DNA from: Eledone cirrhosa
Lineage: Eukaryota
Assembly (NCBI GenBank): GCA_964016885.1
Contig: OZ024744.1
Coordinates: 3,348,001 to 3,412,000, forward strand
Direction of reading: 5' to 3'
Length of the DNA stretch: 64,000 nucleotides
Positions 11,791 to 25,800 of the stretch are shown in pieces. Below the pieces are notes generated by a model, which saw only the letters and a program-made list of their open reading frames with translations, ran no database searches and was not told the origin of the DNA. The position numbers and the translations under genes are program-made. Numbering within the stretch: the stretch's first letter is position 1; the number at the start of each line of letters is the position of its first letter.

Positions 11791-14700
11791 AACGAAGTTT
11801 TGGGGGAAGACAAGGTAGAGAAAGATAGCTTGGTGAAGAACGAAGTTTTGGGGAAGACAATGTAGAGAAAGATATATTGGTGAAGAACGAAGTTTTGGGG
11901 GAAGACAAGGTAGAGAAAGATAGCTTGGTGAAGAACGAAGTTTTGAGGGAAGACAAGGTAGAGAAAGATAGCTTGGTGAATAACGAAGTTTTGGGAGAAG
12001 ACAAGGTAGAGAAAGATAGCTTGGTGAAGAACGACGTTTTGAGGGAAGACAAGGTAGAGAAAGATAGCTTGGTGAAGAACGAAGTTTTGGGGAAGACAAT
12101 GTAGAGAAAGATAGCTTGGTGAAGAACGAAGTTTTGGGGGAAGACAAGGTAGAGAAAGATAGCTTGGTGAAGAACGAAGTTTTGGGGGGAAGACAAGGTA
12201 GAGAAAGATAGCTTGGTGAAGAACGACGTTTTGAGGGAAGACAAGGTAGAGAAAGATAGCTTGGTGAAAAACGAAGTTATGGGGAAGACAATGTAGAGAA
12301 AGATAGCTTGGTGAAGAACGAAGTTTTGGGGGAAGACAAGGTAGAGAAAGATAGCTTGGTGAAGAACGATGTTTTGGGGAAGACAATGTAGAGAAAGATA
12401 GCTTGGTGAAGAACGAAGTTTTGGGGGAAGACAAGGTAGAGAAAGATAGCTTGGTGAAGAACGAAGTTTTGAGGGAAGACAAGGTATAGAAAGATAGCTT
12501 GGTGAATAACGAAGTTTTGGGAGAAGACAAGGTCGAGAAAGATAGCTTGGTGAAGAACGAAGTTTTGAGGGAAGACAATGTAGAGAAAGATAGCTTGGTG
12601 AAGAACGAAGTTTTGGGGGGAAGACAAGGTAGAGAAAGATAGCTTGGTGAAGAACGACGTTTTGAGGGAAGACAAGGTAGAGAAAGATAGCTTGGTGAAG
12701 AACGAAGTTTTGAGGGAAGACAAGGTAGAGAAAGATAGCTTGGTGAAGAACGACGTTTTGTGGGAAGACAAGGTAGAGAAAGATAGCTTGGTGAAGAACG
12801 AAGTTTTGTGGGAAGACAAGGTAGAGAAAGATAGCTTGGTGAAGAACGAAGTTTTGGGGGAAGACAAGGTAGAGAAAGATAGCTTGGTGAAGAACGAAGT
12901 TTTGGGGGAAGACAAGGTAGAGAAAGATAGCTTGGTGAACAACGAAGTTTTGGGGGAAGACAAGGTAGAGAAAGATAGCTTGGTGAAGAACGAAGTTTTG
13001 GGGAAGACAATGTAGAGAAAGATATATTGGTGAAGAACGAAGTTTTGGGGGAAGACAAGGTAGAGAAAGATAGCTTGGTGAAGAACGAAGTTTTGAGGGA
13101 AGACAAGGTAGAGAAAGATAGCTTGGTGAATAACGAAGTTTTGGGAGAAGACAAGGTAGAGAAAGATAGCGTGGTGAAGAACGACGTTTTGAGGGAAGAC
13201 AAGGTAGAGAAAGATAGCTTGGTGAAGAACGAAGTTTTGGGGGAAGACAAGGTAGAGAAAGATAGCTTGGTGAATAACGAAGTTTTGGGAGAAGACAAGG
13301 TAGAGAAAGATAGCGTGGTGAAGAACGACGTTTTGAGGGAAGACAAGGTAGAGAAAGATAGCTTGGTGAAGAACGAAGTTTTGGGGGAAGACAAGGTAGA
13401 GAAAGATAGCTTGGTGAAGAACGAAGTTTTGGGGAAGACAATGTAGAGAAAGATAGCTTGGTGAAGAACGAAGTTTTGGGGGAAGACAAGGTAGAGAAAG
13501 ATAGCTTGGTGAAGAACGAAGTTTTGGGGGGAAGACAAGGTAGAGAAAGATAGCTTGGTGAAGAACGAAGTTTTGGGGGAAGACAAGGTAGAGAAAGATA
13601 GCTTGGTGAAGAACGAAGTTTTGAGGGAAGACAAGGTATAGAAAGATAGCTTGGTGAATAACGAAGTTTTGGGAGAAGACAAGGTCGAGAAAGATAGCTT
13701 GGTGAAGAACGAAGTTTTGAGGGAAGACAATGTAGAGAAAGATAGCTTGGTGAAGAACGAAGTTTTGGGGGGAAGACAAGGTAGAGAAAGATAGCTTGGT
13801 GAAGAACGACGTTTTGAGGGAAGACAAGGTAGAGAAAGATAGCTTGGTGAAGAACGAAGTTTTGAGGGAAGACAAGGTAGAGAAAGATAGCTTGGTGAAG
13901 AACGACGTTTTGTGGGAAGACAAGGTAGAGAAAGATAGCTTGGTGAAGAACGAAGTTTTGTGGGAAGACAAGGTAGAGAAAGATAGCTTGGTGAAGAACG
14001 AAGTTTTGGGGGAAGACAAGGTAGAGAAAGATAGCTTGGTGAAGAACGAAGTTTTGGGGGAAGACAAGGTAGAGAAAGATAGCTTGGTGAACAACGAAGT
14101 TTTGGGGGAAGACAAGGTAGAGAAAGATAGCTTGGTGAAGAACGAAGTTTTGGGGAAGACAATGTAGAGAAAGATATATTGGTGAAGAACGAAGTTTTGG
14201 GGGAAGACAAGGTAGAGAAAGATAGCTTGGTGAAGAACGAAGTTTTGAGGGAAGACAAGGTAGAGAAAGATAGCTTGGTGAATAACGAAGTTTTGGGAGA
14301 AGACAAGGTAGAGAAAGATAGCGTGGTGAAGAACGACGTTTTGAGGGAAGACAAGGTAGAGAAAGATAGCTTGGTGAAGAACGAAGTTTTGGGGGAAGAC
14401 AAGGTAGAGAAAGATAGCTTGGTGAATAACGAAGTTTTGGGAGAAGACAAGGTAGAGAAAGATAGCGTGGTGAAGAACGACGTTTTGAGGGAAGACAAGG
14501 TAGAGAAAGATAGCTTGGTGAAGAACGAAGTTTTGGGGGAAGACAAGGTAGAGAAAGATAGCTTGGTGAAGAACGAAGTTTTGGGGAAGACAATGTAGAG
14601 AAAGATAGCTTGGTGAAGAACGAAGTTTTGGGGGAAGACAAGGTAGAGAAAGATAGCTTGGTGAAGAACGAAGTTTTGGGGGGAAGACAAGGTAGAGAAA

Positions 14701-16118
14701 GATAGCTTGGTGAAGAACGACGTTTTGAGGGAAGACAAGGTAGAGAAAGATAGCTTGGTGAAGAACGAAGTTATGGGGAAGACAATGTAGAGAAAGATAG
14801 CTTGGTGAAGAACGAAGTTTTGGGGGAAGACAAGGTAGAGAAAGATAGCTTGGTGAAGAACGAAGTTCTGAGGGAAGACAAGGTAGAGAAAGATAGATTG
14901 GTGAAGAACGAAGTTTTGGGAGAAGACAAGGTAGAGAAAGATATCTTGGTGAAGAACGAAGTTTTGACGGAAGACAAGGTAGAGAAAGATAGCTTGGTGA
15001 ATAACGAAGTTTTGGGAGAAGACAAGGTCGAGAAAGATAGCTTGGTGAAGAACGAAGTTTTGAGGGAAGACAATGTAGAGAAAGATAGCTTGGTGAAGAA
15101 CGAAGTTTTGGGGGGAAGACAAGGTAGAGAAAGATAGCTTGGTGAAGAACGACGTTTTGTGGGAAGACAAGGTAGAGAAAGATAGCTTGGTGAAGAACGA
15201 AGTTTTGTGGGAAGACAAGGTAGAGAAAGATAGCTTGGTGAAGAACGAAGTTTTGGGGGAAGACAAGGTAGAGAAAGATAGCTTGGTGAAGAACGAAGTT
15301 TTGGGGGAAGACAAGGTAGAGAAAGATAGCTTGGTGAACAACGAAGTTTTGGGGGAAGACAAGGTAGAGAAAGATAGCTTGGTGAAGAACGAAGTTTTGG
15401 GGAAGACAATGTAGAGAAAGATATATTGGTGAAGAACGAAGTTTTGGGGGAAGACAAGGTAGAGAAAGATAGCTTGGTGAAGAACGAAGTTTTGAGGGAA
15501 GACAAGGTAGAGAAAGATAGCTTGGTGAATAACGAAGTTTTGGGAGAAGACAAGGTAGAGAAAGATAGCGTGGTGAAGAACGACGTTTTGAGGGAAGACA
15601 AGGTAGAGAAAGATAGCTTGGTGAAGAACGAAGTTTTGGGGGAAGACAAGGTAGAGAAAGATAGCTTGGTGAATAACGAAGTTTTGGGAGAAGACAAGGT
15701 AGAGAAAGATAGCGTGGTGAAGAACGACGTTTTGAGGGAAGACAAGGTAGAGAAAGATAGCTTGGTGAAGAACGAAGTTTTGGGGGAAGACAAGGTAGAG
15801 AAAGATAGCTTGGTGAAGAACGAAGTTTTGGGGAAGACAATGTAGAGAAAGATAGCTTGGTGAAGAACGAAGTTTTGGGGGAAGACAAGGTAGAGAAAGA
15901 TAGCTTGGTGAAGAACGAAGTTTTGGGGGGAAGACAAGGTAGAGAAAGATAGCTTGGTGAAGAACGAAGTTTTGGGGGAAGACAAGGTAGAGAAAGATAG
16001 CTTGGTGAAGAACGAAGTTTTGAGGGAAGACAAGGTATAGAAAGATAGCTTGGTGAATAACGAAGTTTTGGGAGAAGACAAGGTCGAGAAAGATAGCTTG
16101 GTGAAGAACGAAGTTTTG
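11791..16118 (+). repeat. Segmental block C, copy 1 (duplicated at offset 21,662)
   Basis: ORF pairs 11877/33539, 12644/34306, 13027/34689, 13796/35458, 14802/36464 and 15426/37088 have identical translations. Confidence 0.9.
12400..14700 (+). repeat. Two tandem copies of a 24-monomer (1,152-bp) higher-order repeat
   Basis: ORF starts 12644/13796 and 13027/14179 are 1,152 bp apart with identical translations. Boundaries are approximate. Confidence 0.85.
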
Positions 16119-19100
16119 GGGGAAGACAAGGTAGAGAAAGATAGCTTGGTGAACAACGAAGTTTTGGGGGAAGACAAGGTAGAGAAAGATAGCTTGGTGA
16201 AGAACGAAGTTTTGGGGAAGACAATGTAGAGAAAGATATATTGGTGAAGAACGAAGTTTTGGGGGAAGACAAGGTAGAGAAAGATAGCTTGGTGAAGAAC
16301 GAAGTTTTGAGGGAAGACAAGGTAGAGAAAGATAGCTTGGTGAATAACGAAGTTTTGGGAGAAGACAAGGTAGAGAAAGATAGCTTGGTGAAGAACGACG
16401 TTTTGAGGGAAGACAAGGTAGAGAAAGATAGCTTGGTGAAGAACGAAGTTTTGGGGAAGACAATGTAGAGAAAGATAGCTTGGTGAAGAACGAAGTTTTG
16501 GGGGAAGACAAGGTAGAGAAAGATAGCTTGGTGAAGAACGAAGTTTTGGGGGGAAGACAAGGTAGAGAAAGATAGCTTGGTGAAGAACGACGTTTTGAGG
16601 GAAGACAAGGTAGAGAAAGATAGCTTGGTGAAAAACGAAGTTATGGGGAAGACAATGTAGAGAAAGATAGCTTGGTGAAGAACGAAGTTTTGGGGGAAGA
16701 CAAGGTAGAGAAAGATAGCTTGGTGAAGAACGATGTTTTGGGGAAGACAATGTAGAGAAAGATAGCTTGGTGAAGAACGAAGTTTTGGGGGAAGACAAGG
16801 TAGAGAAAGATAGCTTGGTGAAGAACGAAGTTTTGAGGGAAGACAAGGTATAGAAAGATAGCTTGGTGAATAACGAAGTTTTGGGAGAAGACAAGGTCGA
16901 GAAAGATAGCTTGGTGAAGAACGAAGTTTTGAGGGAAGACAATGTAGAGAAAGATAGCTTGGTGAAGAACGAAGTTTTGGGGGGAAGACAAGGTAGAGAA
17001 AGATAGCTTGGTGAAGAACGATGTTTTGAGGGAAGACAAGGTAGAGAAAGATAGCTTGGTGAAGAACGAAGTTTTGAGGGAAGACAAGGTAGAGAAAGAT
17101 AGCTTGGTGAAGAACGACGTTTTGTGGGAAGACAAGGTAGAGAAAGATAGCTTGGTGAAGAACGAAGTTTTGTGGGAAGACAAGGTAGAGAAAGATAGCT
17201 TGGTGAAGAACGAAGTTTTGGGGGAAGACAAGGTAGAGAAAGATAGCTTGGTGAACAACGAAGTTTTGGGGGAAGACAAGGTAGAGAAAGATAGCTTGGT
17301 GAAGAACGAAGTTTTGGGGAAGACAATGTAGAGAAAGATATATTGGTGAAGAACGAAGTTTTGGGGGAAGACAAGGTAGAGAAAGATAGCTTGGTGAAGA
17401 ACGAAGTTTTGAGGGAAGACAAGGTAGAGAAAGATAGCTTGGTGAATAACGAAGTTTTGGGAGAAGACAAGGTAGAGAAAGATAGCTTGGTGAAGAACGA
17501 CGTTTTGAGGGAAGACAAGGTAGAGAAAGATAGCTTGGTGAAGAACGAAGTTTTGGGGAAGACAATGTAGAGAAAGATAGCTTGGTGAAGAACGAAGTTT
17601 TGGGGGAAGACAAGGTAGAGAAAGATAGCTTGGTGAAGAACGAAGTTTTGGGGGGAAGACAAGGTAGAGAAAGATAGCTTGGTGTAGAACGACGTTTTGA
17701 GGGAAGACAAGGTAGAGAAAGATAGCTTGGTGAAGAACGAAGTTATGGGGAAGACAATGTAGAGAAAGATAGCTTGGTGAAGAACGAAGTTTTGGGGGAA
17801 GACAAGGTAGAGAAAGATAGCTTGGTGAAGAACGATGTTTTGGGGAAGACAATGTAGAGAAAGATAGCTTGGTGAAGAACGAAGTTTTGGGGGAAGACAA
17901 GGTAGAGAAAGATAGCTTGGTGAAGAACGAAGTTTTGAGGGAAGACAAGGTATAGAAAGATAGCTTGGTGAATAACGAGGTTTTGGGAGAAGACAAGGTC
18001 GAGAAAGATAGCTTGGTGAAGAACGAAGTTTTGAGGGAAGACAATGTAGAGAAAGATAGCTTGGTGAAGAACGAAGTTTTGGGGGAAGACAAGGTAGAGT
18101 AAGATAGCTTGGTGAAGAACGAAGTTTTGGGGGAAGACAAGGTAGAGAAAGATAGCTTGGTGAAGAACGATGTTTTGGGGAAGACAATGTAGAGAAAGAT
18201 AGCTTGGTGAAGAACGAAGTTTTGAGGGAAGACAAGTTATAGAAAGATAGCTTGGTGAATAACGAAGTTTTGGGAGAAGACAAGGTCGAGAAAGATAGCT
18301 TGGTGAAGAACGAAGTTTTGAGGGAAAACAATGTAGAGAAAGATAGCTTGGTGAAGAACGAAGTTTTGGGGGAAGACAAGGTAGAGAAAGATAGCTTGGT
18401 GAAGAACGAAGTTTTGGGGGAAGACAAGGTAGAGAAAGATAGCTTGGTGAAGGACGAAGTTTTGAGGGAAGACAAGGTAGAGAAAGATAGCTTGGTGAAG
18501 AACGACGTTTTGTGGGAAGACAAGGTAGAGAAAGATAGCTTGGTGAAGAACGAAGTTTTGTGGGAAGACAAGGTAGAGAAAGATAGCTTGGTGAAGAACG
18601 AAGTTTTGAGGGAAGACAAGGTATAGAAAGATAGCTTGGTGAATAACGAAGTTTTGGGAGAAGACAAGGTCGAGAAAGATAGCTTGGTGAAGAACGAAGT
18701 TTTGAGGGAAGACAAGGTATAGAAAGATAGCTTGGTGAATAACGAAGTTTTGGGGAAGACAATGTAGAGAAAGATAGCTTGGTGAAGAACGAAGTTTTGG
18801 GGGAAGACAAGGTAGAGAAAGATAGCTTGGTGAAGAACGAAGTTTTGAGGGAAGACAAGGTATAGAAAGATAGCTTGGTGAATAACGAAGTTTTGGGAGA
18901 AGACAAGGTCGAGAAAGATAGCTTGGTGAAGAACGAAGTTTTGAGGGAAGACAATGTAGAGAAAGATAGCTTGGTGAAGAACGAAGTTTTGGGGGAAGAC
19001 AAGGTAGAGAAAGATAGCTTGGTGAAGAACGAAGTTTTGGGGGAAGACAAGGTAGAGAAAGACAGCTTGGTGAAGAACGAAGTTTTGAGGGAAGACAAGG

Positions 19101-19808
19101 TAGAGAAAGATAGCTTGGTGAAGAACGACGTTTTGTGGGAAGACAAGGTAGAGAAAGATAGCTTGGTGAAGAACGAAGTTTTGTGGGAAGACAAGGTAGA
19201 GAAAGATAGCTTGGTGAAGAACGAAGTTTTGGGGGAAGACAAGGTAGAGAAAGATAGCTTGGTGAAGAACGAAGTTTTGGGGGAAGACAAGGTAGAGAAA
19301 GATAGCTTGGTGAAGAACGAAGTTTTGGGGAAGACAATGTAGAGAAAGATATATTGGTGAAGAACGAAGTTTTGGGGGAAGACAAGGTAGAGAAAGATAG
19401 CTTGGTGAAGAACGAAGTTTTGAGGGAAGACAAGGTAGAGAAAGATAGCTTGGTGAATAACGAAGTTTTGGGAGAAGACAAGGTAGAGAAAGATAGCGTG
19501 GTGAAGAACGACGTTTTGAGGGAAGACAAGGTAGAGAAAGATAGCTTGGTGAAGAACGAAGTTTTGGGGGAAGACAAGGTAGAGAAAGATAGCTTGGTGA
19601 AGAACGAAGTTTTGGGGAAGACAATGTAGAGAAAGATAGCTTGGTGAAGAACGAAGTTTTGGGGGAAGACAAGGTAGAGAAAGATAGCTTGGTGAAGAAC
19701 GAAGTTTTGGGGGGAAGACAAGGTAGAGAAAGATAGCTTGGTGAAGAACGACGTTTTGAGGGAAGACAAGGTAGAGAAAGATAGCTTGGTGAAGAACGAA
19801 GTTATGGG
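16107..19808 (+). repeat. Segmental block B, copy 2
   Basis: Matches 4319-8020 except at positions equivalent to 4513, 5234 (17022) and 6191 (17979). It ends inside the chimeric TTATGGGAG monomer at 19802. Confidence 0.9.
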
Positions 19809-22800
19809 AGAAGACAAGGTCGAGAAAGATAGCTTGGTGAAGAACGAAGTTTTGAGGGAAAACAATGTAGAGAAAGATAGCTTGGTGAAGAACGAAGTTT
19901 TGGGGGAAGACAAGGTAGAGAAAGATAGCTTGGTGAAGAACGAAGTTTTGTGGGAAGACAAGGTAGAGAAAGATAGCTTGGTGAAGGACGAAGTTTTGAG
20001 GGAAGACAAGGTAGAGAAAGATAGCTTGGTGAAGAACGACGTTTTGTGGGAAGACAAGGTAGAGAAAGATAGCTTGGTGAAGAACGAAGTTTTGTGGGAA
20101 GACAAGGTAGAGAAAGATAGCTTGGTGAAGAACGAAGTTTTGAGGGAAGACAAGGTATAGAAAGATAGCTTGGTGAATAACGAAGTTTTGGGAGAAGACA
20201 AGGTCGAGAAAGATAGCTTGGTGAAGAACGAAGTTTTGAGGGAAGACAAGGTATAGAAAGATAGCTTGGTGAATAACGAAGTTTTGGGGAAGACAATGTA
20301 GAGAAAGATAGCTTGGTGAAGAACGAAGTTTTGGGGGAAGACAAGGTAGAGAAAGATAGCTTGGTGAAGAACGAAGTTTTGAGGGAAGACAAGGTATAGA
20401 AAGATAGCTTGGTGAATAACGAAGTTTTGGGAGAAGACAAGGTCGAGAAAGATAGCTTGGTGAAGAACGAAGTTTTGAGGGAAGACAATGTAGAGAAAGA
20501 TAGCTTGGTGAAGAACGAAGTTTTGGGGGAAGACAAGGTAGAGAAAGATAGCTTGGTGAAGAACGAAGTTTTGGGGGAAGACAAGGTAGAGAAAGATAGC
20601 TTGGTGAAGAACGAAGTTTTGGGGGGAAGACAAGGTAGAGAAAGATAGCTTGGTGAAGAACGACGTTTTGAGGGAAGACAAGGTAGAGAAAGATAGCTTG
20701 GTGAAGAACGAAGTTATGGGAGAAGACAAGGTCGAGAAAGATAGCTTGGTGAAGAACGAAGTTTTGAGGGAAAACAATGTAGAGAAAGATAGCTTGGTGA
20801 AGAACGAAGTTTTGGGGGAAGACAAGGTAGAGAAAGATAGCTTGGTGAAGAACGAAGTTTTGGGGGAAGACAAGGTAGAGAAAGATAGCTTGGTGAAGGA
20901 CGAAGTTTTGAGGGAAGACAAGGTAGAGAAAGATAGCTTGGTGAAGAACGACGTTTTGTGGGAAGACAAGGTAGAGAAAGATAGCTTGGTGAAGAACGAA
21001 GTTTTGTGGGAAGACAAGGTAGAGAAAGATAGCTTGGTGAAGAACGAAGTTTTGAGGGAAGACAAGGTATAGAAAGATAGCTTGGTGAATAACGAAGTTT
21101 TGGGAGAAGACAAGGTCGAGAAAGATAGCTTGGTGAAGAACGAAGTTTTGAGGGAAGACAAGGTATAGAAAGATAGCTTGGTGAATAACGAAGTTTTGGG
21201 GAAGACAATGTAGAGAAAGATAGCTTGGTGAAGAACGAAGTTTTGGGGGAAGACAAGGTAGAGAAAGATAGCTTGGTGAAGAACGAAGTTTTGAGGGAAG
21301 ACAAGGTATAGAAAGATAGCTTGGTGAATAACGAAGTTTTGGGAGAAGACAAGGTCGAGAAAGATAGCTTGGTGAAGAACGAAGTTTTGAGGGAAGACAA
21401 TGTAGAGAAAGATAGCTTGGTGAAGAACGAAGTTTTGGGGGAAGACAAGGTAGAGAAAGATAGCTTGGTGAAGAACGAAGTTTTGGGGGAAGACAAGGTA
21501 GAGAAAGACAGCTTGGTGAAGAACGAAGTTTTGAGGGAAGACAAGGTAGAGAAAGATAGCTTGGTGAAGAACGACGTTTTGTGGGAAGACAAGGTAGAGA
21601 AAGATAGCTTGGTGAAGAACGAAGTTTTGAGGGAAGACAAGGTATAGAAAGATAGCTTGGTGAATAACGAAGTTTTGGGGAAGACAATGTAGAGAAAGAT
21701 AGCTTGGTGAAGAACGAAGTTTTGGGGGAAGACAAGGTAGAGAAAGATAGCTTGGTGAAGAACGAAGTTTTGAGGGAAGACAAGGTATAGAAAGATAGCT
21801 TGGTGAATAACGAAGTTTTGGGAGAAGACAAGGTCGAGAAAGATAGCTTGGTGAAGAACGAAGTTTTGAGGGAAGACAATGTAGAGAAAGATAGCTTGGT
21901 GAAGAACGAAGTTTTGGGGGAAGACAAGGTAGAGAAAGATAGCTTGGTGAAGAACGAAGTTTTGGGGGAAGACAAGGTAGAGAAAGACAGCTTGGTGAAG
22001 AACGAAGTTTTGAGGGAAGACAAGGTAGAGAAAGATAGCTTGGTGAAGAACGACGTTTTGTGGGAAGACAAGGTAGAGAAAGATAGCTTGGTGAAGAACG
22101 AAGTTTTGTGGGAAGACAAGGTAGAGAAAGATAGCTTGGTGAAGAACGAAGTTTTGGGGGAAGACAAGGTAGAGAAAGATAGCTTGGTGAAGAACGAAGT
22201 TTTGGGGGAAGACAAGGTAGAGAAAGATAGCTTGGTGAAGAACGAAGTTTTGGGGAAGACAATGTAGAGAAAGATATATTGGTGAAGAACGAAGTTTTGG
22301 GGGAAGACAAGGTAGAGAAAGATAGCTTGGTGAAGAACGAAGTTTTGAGGGAAGACAAGGTAGAGAAAGATAGCTTGGTGAATAACGAAGTTTTGGGAGA
22401 AGACAAGGTAGAGAAAGATAGCGTGGTGAAGAACGACGTTTTGAGGGAAGACAAGGTAGAGAAAGATAGCTTGGTGAAGAACGAAGTTTTGGGGGAAGAC
22501 AAGGTAGAGAAAGATAGCTTGGTGAAGAACGAAGTTTTGGGGGAAGACAAGGTAGAGAAAGATAGCTTGGTGAAGGACGAAGTTTTGAGGGAAGACAAGG
22601 TAGAGAAAGATAGCTTGGTGAAGAACGACGTTTTGTGGGAAGACAAGGTAGAGAAAGATAGCTTGGTGAAGAACGAAGTTTTGTGGGAAGACAAGGTAGA
22701 GAAAGATAGCTTGGTGAAGAACGAAGTTTTGAGGGAAGACAAGGTATAGAAAGATAGCTTGGTGAATAACGAAGTTTTGGGAGAAGACAAGGTCGAGAAA

Positions 22801-25800
22801 GATAGCTTGGTGAAGAACGAAGTTTTGAGGGAAGACAAGGTATAGAAAGATAGCTTGGTGAATAACGAAGTTTTGGGGAAGACAATGTAGAGAAAGATAG
22901 CTTGGTGAAGAACGAAGTTTTGGGGGAAGACAAGGTAGAGAAAGATAGCTTGGTGAAGAACGAAGTTTTGAGGGAAGACAAGGTATAGAAAGATAGCTTG
23001 GTGAATAACGAAGTTTTGGGAGAAGACAAGGTCGAGAAAGATAGCTTGGTGAAGAACGAAGTTTTGAGGGAAGACAATGTAGAGAAAGATAGCTTGGTGA
23101 AGAACGAAGTTTTGGGGGAAGACAAGGTAGAGAAAGATAGCTTGGTGAAGAACGAAGTTTTGGGGGAAGACAAGGTAGAGAAAGACAGCTTGGTGAAGAA
23201 CGAAGTTTTGAGGGAAGACAAGGTAGAGAAAGATAGCTTGGTGAAGAACGACGTTTTGTGGGAAGACAAGGTAGAGAAAGATAGCTTGGTGAAGAACGAA
23301 GTTTTGTGGGAAGACAAGGTAGAGAAAGATAGCTTGGTGAAGAACGAAGTTTTGGGGGAAGACAAGGTAGAGAAAGATAGCTTGGTGAAGAACGAAGTTT
23401 TGAGGGAAGACAAGGTATAGAAAGATAGCTTGGTGAATAACGAAGTTTTGGGGGAAGACAAGGTAGAGAAAGATAGCTTGGTGAAGAACGAAGTTTTGGG
23501 GGAAGACAAGGTAGAGAAAGATAGCTTGGTGAAGAACGAAGTTTTGGGGAAGACAATGTAGAGAAAGATATATTGGTGAAGAACGAAGTTTTGGGGGAAG
23601 ACAAGGTAGAGAAAGATAGCTTGGTGAAGAACGAAGTTTTGAGGGAAGACAAGGTAGAGAAAGATAGCTTGGTGAATAACGAAGTTTTGGGAGAAGACAA
23701 GGTAGAGAAAGATAGCGTGGTGAAGAACGACGTTTTGAGGGAAGACAAGGTAGAGAAAGATAGCTTGGTGAAGAACGAAGTTTTGGGGGAAGACAAGGTA
23801 GAGAAAGATAGCTTGGTGAAGAACGAAGTTTTGGGGGAAGACAAGGTAGAGAAAGATAGCTTGGTGAAGGACGAAGTTTTGAGGGAAGACAAGGTAGAGA
23901 AAGATAGCTTGGTGAAGAACGACGTTTTGTGGGAAGACAAGGTAGAGAAAGATAGCTTGGTGAAGAACGAAGTTTTGTGGGAAGACAAGGTAGAGAAAGA
24001 TAGCTTGGTGAAGAACGAAGTTTTGAGGGAAGACAAGGTATAGAAAGATAGCTTGGTGAATAACGAAGTTTTGGGAGAAGACAAGGTCGAGAAAGATAGC
24101 TTGGTGAAGAACGAAGTTTTGAGGGAAGACAAGGTATAGAAAGATAGCTTGGTGAATAACGAAGTTTTGGGGAAGACAATGTAGAGAAAGATAGCTTGGT
24201 GAAGAACGAAGTTTTGGGGGAAGACAAGGTAGAGAAAGATAGCTTGGTGAAGAACGAAGTTTTGAGGGAAGACAAGGTATAGAAAGATAGCTTGGTGAAT
24301 AACGAAGTTTTGGGAGAAGACAAGGTCGAGAAAGATAGCTTGGTGAAGAACGAAGTTTTGAGGGAAGACAATGTAGAGAAAGATAGCTTGGTGAAGAACG
24401 AAGTTTTGGGGGAAGACAAGGTAGAGAAAGATAGCTTGGTGAAGAACGAAGTTTTGGGGGAAGACAAGGTAGAGAAAGACAGCTTGGTGAAGAACGAAGT
24501 TTTGAGGGAAGACAAGGTAGAGAAAGATAGCTTGGTGAAGAACGACGTTTTGTGGGAAGACAAGGTAGAGAAAGATAGCTTGGTGAAGAACGAAGTTTTG
24601 TGGGAAGACAAGGTAGAGAAAGATAGCTTGGTGAAGAACGAAGTTTTGGGGGAAGACAAGGTAGAGAAAGATAGCTTGGTGAAGAACGAAGTTTTGGGGG
24701 AAGACAAGGTAGAGAAAGATAGCTTGGTGAAGAACGAAGTTTTGGGGAAGACAATGTAGAGAAAGATATATTGGTGAAGAACGAAGTTTTGGGGGAAGAC
24801 AAGGTAGAGAAAGATAGCTTGGTGAAGAACGAAGTTTTGAGGGAAGACAAGGTAGAGAAAGATAGCTTGGTGAATAACGAAGTTTTGGGAGAAGACAAGG
24901 TAGAGAAAGATAGCGTGGTGAAGAACGACGTTTTGAGGGAAGACAAGGTAGAGAAAGATAGCTTGGTGAAGAACGAAGTTTTGGGGGAAGACAAGGTAGA
25001 GAAAGATAGCTTGGTGAAGAACGAAGTTTTGGGGAAGACAATGTAGAGAAAGATAGCTTGGTGAAGAACGAAGTTTTGGGGGAAGACAAGGTAGAGAAAG
25101 ATAGCTTGGTGAAGAACGAAGTTTTGGGGGGAAGACAAGGTAGAGAAAGATAGCTTGGTGAAGAACGACGTTTTGAGGGAAGACAAGGTAGAGAAAGATA
25201 GCTTGGTGAAGAACGAAGTTATGGGAGAAGACAAGGTCGAGAAAGATAGCTTGGTGAAGAACGAAGTTTTGAGGGAAAACAATGTAGAGAAAGATAGCTT
25301 GGTGAAGAACGAAGTTTTGGGGGAAGACAAGGTAGAGAAAGATAGCTTGGTGAAGAACGAAGTTTTGGGGGAAGACAAGGTAGAGAAAGATAGCTTGGTG
25401 AAGGACGAAGTTTTGAGGGAAGACAAGGTAGAGAAAGATAGCTTGGTGAAGAACGACGTTTTGTGGGAAGACAAGGTAGAGAAAGATAGCTTGGTGAAGA
25501 ACGAAGTTTTGTGGGAAGACAAGGTAGAGAAAGATAGCTTGGTGAAGAACGAAGTTTTGAGGGAAGACAAGGTATAGAAAGATAGCTTGGTGAATAACGA
25601 AGTTTTGGGAGAAGACAAGGTCGAGAAAGATAGCTTGGTGAAGAACGAAGTTTTGAGGGAAGACAAGGTATAGAAAGATAGCTTGGTGAATAACGAAGTT
25701 TTGGGGAAGACAATGTAGAGAAAGATAGCTTGGTGAAGAACGAAGTTTTGGGGGAAGACAAGGTAGAGAAAGATAGCTTGGTGAAGAACGAAGTTTTGAG

